Source of the DNA: the human T2T-CHM13v2.0 reference genome, Homo sapiens
Reading direction: 5' to 3' (one strand)
NCBI RefSeq assembly: GCF_009914755.1
Contig: NC_060941.1
DNA length: 64,000 nt
Each line of letters begins with the position of its first letter. The stretch's first letter is position 1. Shown here in pieces: positions 58,631 to 64,000 of this stretch. Both the position numbers and the translations under genes were made by a program. The notes below the pieces were generated by a model that did no database searches, had not been told where the DNA came from, and was given only the letters and a program-made list of their open reading frames with translations.

Positions 58631-58720
58631 CCAGAAGTAGTCGCAGTAGCTCCACTCGGTTGGTTTCAGCAGCTGCTGTTCCGGCATCGTGTCTGGGTGA
58701 GGGAACGTCACACAGTTTAT
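58631..58720 (-). CDS. GAS7: GAS7 coding exon (~exon 6) [30 protein letters not shown]
   Basis: ctacag|ATA ... TGG|gtaagc. 90 nt, phase 0/0. Start of the FCH/F-BAR region. Confidence 0.95.
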
Positions 58721-59199
58721 CTGTAGGGCACAGAACAAGAAAGAATGACCCCGCTGGAGACTGGAATAGCGAGGAAGGCTTCGGCTCCTGGGGGACACGG
58801 CACTGGAGCAGCCTCCCTATTGACAGAACACGCACAGGGATCTTCCCGTGCTCCAGGGGCCAGCATTTCACATGAGCGGCAACAGGTGCTCACCCCCACC
58901 CCAAATGGGCTGTGAACCAGTACCACCTCTCTAGATGGCAGTTTACTAGGATCAAAATTGCAAACTTCAGGTGCCTTTGACCCAGCAATTGCACAAGAGT
59001 CTATCATACAGATACAGTTGCATGGGGGCAGTGACATCCACACACGCTTTTTCACGACAGCGCTATTTATGGCCGTTAAAGGCTGGAAAACAACTCCAAT
59101 GTCCATCAGTGGGGGAATGGTTAAACAAAGTATGAGATAGACATCTATGGAAATCAGAAAGGACATGGTGATGAAGTTCTTAAATTTAATTAGGAAAGC

Positions 59200-59520
<321 letters not shown>

Positions 59521-59624
59521 TTTAACAAGGAAAATGTGCCAGGATATATGGTTAGGTGAAGGTTAAAAACAAAAAAAAAAAAAAAGCAAGCAGAGTATTA
59601 TAGTTCCTTTTCAAAAAGGAAGAC

Positions 59625-59966
59625 AAGACCAGCCCCTCCTCTTCCTCCTCCTGCTTCGCCCATTCAATGTGAAGATGTTGAGGATGAAGACCTTGAGGAT
59701 GACCCACTTCCACTTAAAGAATAGTAATTATATTTTTCTTGTTTATAATTGTCTTAACATTTTATTTTCTCTAGCTTACTTTACTGTAAGAATACAGTGT
59801 ATAATACACATAAACATGCAAAATATGTGTTCATGTCAGTAAGGCTTCTACTCAACAAGAGGCTATTAGTAGTTAAGTTCTGGGGAGTTCAAAGTTATAT
59901 GTCAATTTTGGACTATGGGTGAGGAGGGGGCACCCCTAGCTCCCATGTTGTTCAAGGGTCACCTGT
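59625..59966 (+). mobile_element. Tigger2-type DNA transposon 3' part
   Basis: Ends ...gttgttcaagggtcacctg(ta), like the Tigger2 TIR. Confidence 0.7.
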
Positions 59967-60139
59967 ATAATACACATCTGGTTATTTGCATATAGAATAT
60001 TCCTGGAAACTGATAACATTGTTTGCTTCCAAGGAAAGGAACTGTGTGGGTGAGGGTCAGGGGTGAGAGATTACCTTGCAAATTTTATGTCACGATGTGT
60101 ATCATACGAACAAATACACCTTAAAATTATAATCTGGGG

Positions 60140-60464
<325 letters not shown>

Positions 60465-60785
60465 CTAAGGAGCGTGAAGTACAGAAATTTTCAGGTCATC
60501 TCAGCCTTTTCTGCCCGAGCACATCTGCAATACTGCCTGGCTTTTCCCCATTGTGTGGAGGTGGCTTCAGGCCCCAGATTCCCACCTCTCCTAGGACGCG
60601 GGCTAATTTGCTTCCTCTGTGGGAGCAAGGCCTGAGCCTTATAAGTCTTTAACCCCTTCTTGCAGCCCAAGCACCTGCTGAAGTGGAAAATGTCACACAT
60701 TAAAAAATGATGCAGCCCTGAGGTTTTGGGCCCAGGACACAAACTCCAATGCTAGGCGGGGTGTGCAAGCCAGTGAGGTACCCAG

Positions 60786-60984
60786 GCGTCACAGAAACTG
60801 CAGCTGGGACAGGAGGGCGGACAGCGTCACAGAAACTGCAGCTGGGATAGGAGGGCGGACAGCATCTGCTTTGGGCAGGGGTCAGAGGCTGCAGAGATGC
60901 GTCCAAGGGGCAGATCCTGCTCAGCTCTTTGGGCAGGGGCCAGAGGCTGCAGAGATGCGTCCAAGGGGCAGATCCTGCTCAGCT
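60786..60984. repeat. Two adjacent tandem duplications: 2x38 bp (60786-60861) and 2x58 bp (60869-60984)
   Basis: Each pair differs at a single base. Confidence 0.95.
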
Positions 60985-61480
60985 CTTGCCAAGTGTCGTC
61001 AAGCCCTTCTGAGGAGTCCAGTGCTGACGGATTATGTGATGACTCGAGGGAAGCTGAAAATGGGGACTTTTATGCAAAGTGTCTCCATTTTTAAGTGTTG
61101 GCAATTAATTCAAGGTTAAAAACAATAATAATAAACACAATAACACCATGTAGGCCCAACAAACTCTTCTGTCAGCAAAGTCAGGCCCATGGACCTCCCG
61201 TTGTGACCTCTGGTTCAGGAAGCTCCTGGGTGGCTAGAAGTAAATCTAGCGCACACCCCCTCCCCAGCTGCCAGGGCACAGACCTCAGTCGCAGTCTGGG
61301 GAGAAGTCCCCAACAAAAGAAGGAGCCTCCTCCTCCCAGATCCTTACATGTGGTTAAGGTGAGGGCTGAGGTCCCCACCACCCTAGAGGGAAACACAACT
61401 CAGCAGAAGGATCAGAGGCAGGAATGACGTGGACGACCCTGGAGATGACAGGGCTGCACCAAATTCTGCCAAGGATAATC

Positions 61481-61922
<442 letters not shown>

Positions 61923-61949
61923 TAACTTCTAAGAATACAACATTATCTA

Positions 61950-62237
<288 letters not shown>

Positions 62238-62312
62238 TCCTGTCAAAAATATTTAATCTGAATCTAATGATAAGTGGGGAAAATCAAGATAGTTTTTTAA
62301 AAGGCACCTTGT

Positions 62313-62706
<394 letters not shown>

Positions 62707-63211
62707 TCAGCAGCCTCAGTGAGAGAAGGGAGGGCCAGTTCTTGAGGCCAGCAGCAGAAAGCCCCAAGCCTTGGTTTCGGGCCGAGTCCCCAAGGTGTGT
62801 CCAGAGACAAGTCTCCTTCCTTCCTGTGCCTCCACAACCCACTGCCAAGCAGGCAATCATGAAAACAAGGGACGGGTTTCAAAAGTGCACAGATTCCTTA
62901 TTTTGTATTCCAATTATTCTTATTTCAACAAATCACAGTCATCACAGTCCATCTTTATGTTACTGAATAATGCAGTCCATGAAAATTTCAATCAAATTTA
63001 ATGATAAATTAACTATGACATTAAAGTAAATTGAGCATTAAGAATGATGGAACGAGTAGAGTTGTGGGTACTCAGAGGCGGGTCTGAATGCTTCTGGAGT
63101 GGCCTGCCCTGCGGGCATCTCTCCCCTTTCCATCGTCTTTCCTCACTCAAACTGCTCTTGGCCTTGCCCTCTTGTCGGGGAAACACTTCCCTACAAAGAA
63201 AGGACTTTCCT

Positions 63212-63525
63212 GGCCAGGTGCGGTGGCTCATGCCTGTAATCCCAGCACTTTGGGAGGCCGAGATGGGTGGATCACCTGAGGTCGGGAGTTGGAGACCAGC
63301 CTGACCCACATGGAGAAACCCCATCTCTACTAAAAATACAAAATTAGCCAGGCTTGGTGGCGCATGCCTATAATCCCAGCTACTTGGGAAGGCTGAGGCA
63401 GGAGAATCGCTTGAACCTGGGAGGTGGCGGTTGCGGTGAGCCAAGATTGCGCCATTGCATCATTCCAGCCTGGGCAACAAGAGCAAAACTCTGTCTCAAA
63501 AAAAAAAAAAAAAAAAAAAAAAAAC
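63212..63525 (+). mobile_element. Alu (Sp/Sq-like)
   Basis: catggagaaacccc and caacaagagcaaaactc. Confidence 0.92.
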
Positions 63526-64000
63526 AAGAAGAAAGGACTTTCCCATGTCAGGAAGAGGCTTGGCCAAAACGTGGGGCAGGCAGGAGGAGAAATGGGTCTT
63601 GGCCAGTCTTGTTCCCCCCAGAATCTTCCTGAGTTGACTTACCCTCAGAGTGAGGATGCCACCGTGCACCCCAGCAGGCCTGTGCAGACAGACTGCTAGC
63701 CGGAAGAGGAGACGGTACCAAGGACAGCCCCTTCAATGATGCATCCTGGCTGGCTCCAAGCCAACCACCTAAAAGGCCATGGAAGTCCTGAGGAGGACTG
63801 AGACCCACCTAAGTACCACTCAGTCCCCTTCTTGTCCCAGAGTCGAGGATGAACATGCCTCAGAGTCACCTAGAGGACATGGGTTGCTGGGTCCCACCCC
63901 CCACTGTCTGATTCAGGAGCTCTGGATGGGGTCTGAGCTCTCAAGTGATGCTGAAGGTCCAGGGACCACACTTTGAGAACCAGCATTCGTGATCCATTTA

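Overview
Primate, almost certainly human, genomic DNA from the GLP2R-RCVRN-GAS7 locus (17p13.1, recognised from the encoded proteins). It holds: (1) the last coding exon and 3'UTR of GLP2R (+); (2) the complete three-exon recoverin gene RCVRN (-), 200 aa, with a CpG-rich exon 1, CRX-type promoter motifs and two AATAAA signals; (3) the last nine coding exons of GAS7 (-), 301 aa covering the F-BAR region, plus a ~6.6 kb 3'UTR. Splice junctions were traced by hand; all are GT-AG with consistent reading phase. The rest is about 31 Alus, old L1/L2/MIR, MaLR/LTR16 LTRs, DNA-transposon fossils and microsatellites. Most ORFs in the track are Alu or antisense artefacts. I see no new multi-gene system. 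The most notable unexplained structures are: a 39-bp copy of the GAS7 exon-9 donor region inside a nearby Alu; a tailless 5S rRNA retrocopy with a 16-bp TSD; a perfect 17-bp inverted repeat in RCVRN intron 2; an old ~125-bp duplication between GAS7 and RCVRN; phase-compatible GAS7-RCVRN read-through; a (UG)23 tract in front of cryptic Alu splice acceptors; and a palindromic CRX/OTX2 double site in the RCVRN 3'UTR. Repeat-family names, exon numbers and transcript ends come from recall of consensus sequences and annotation and are approximate.
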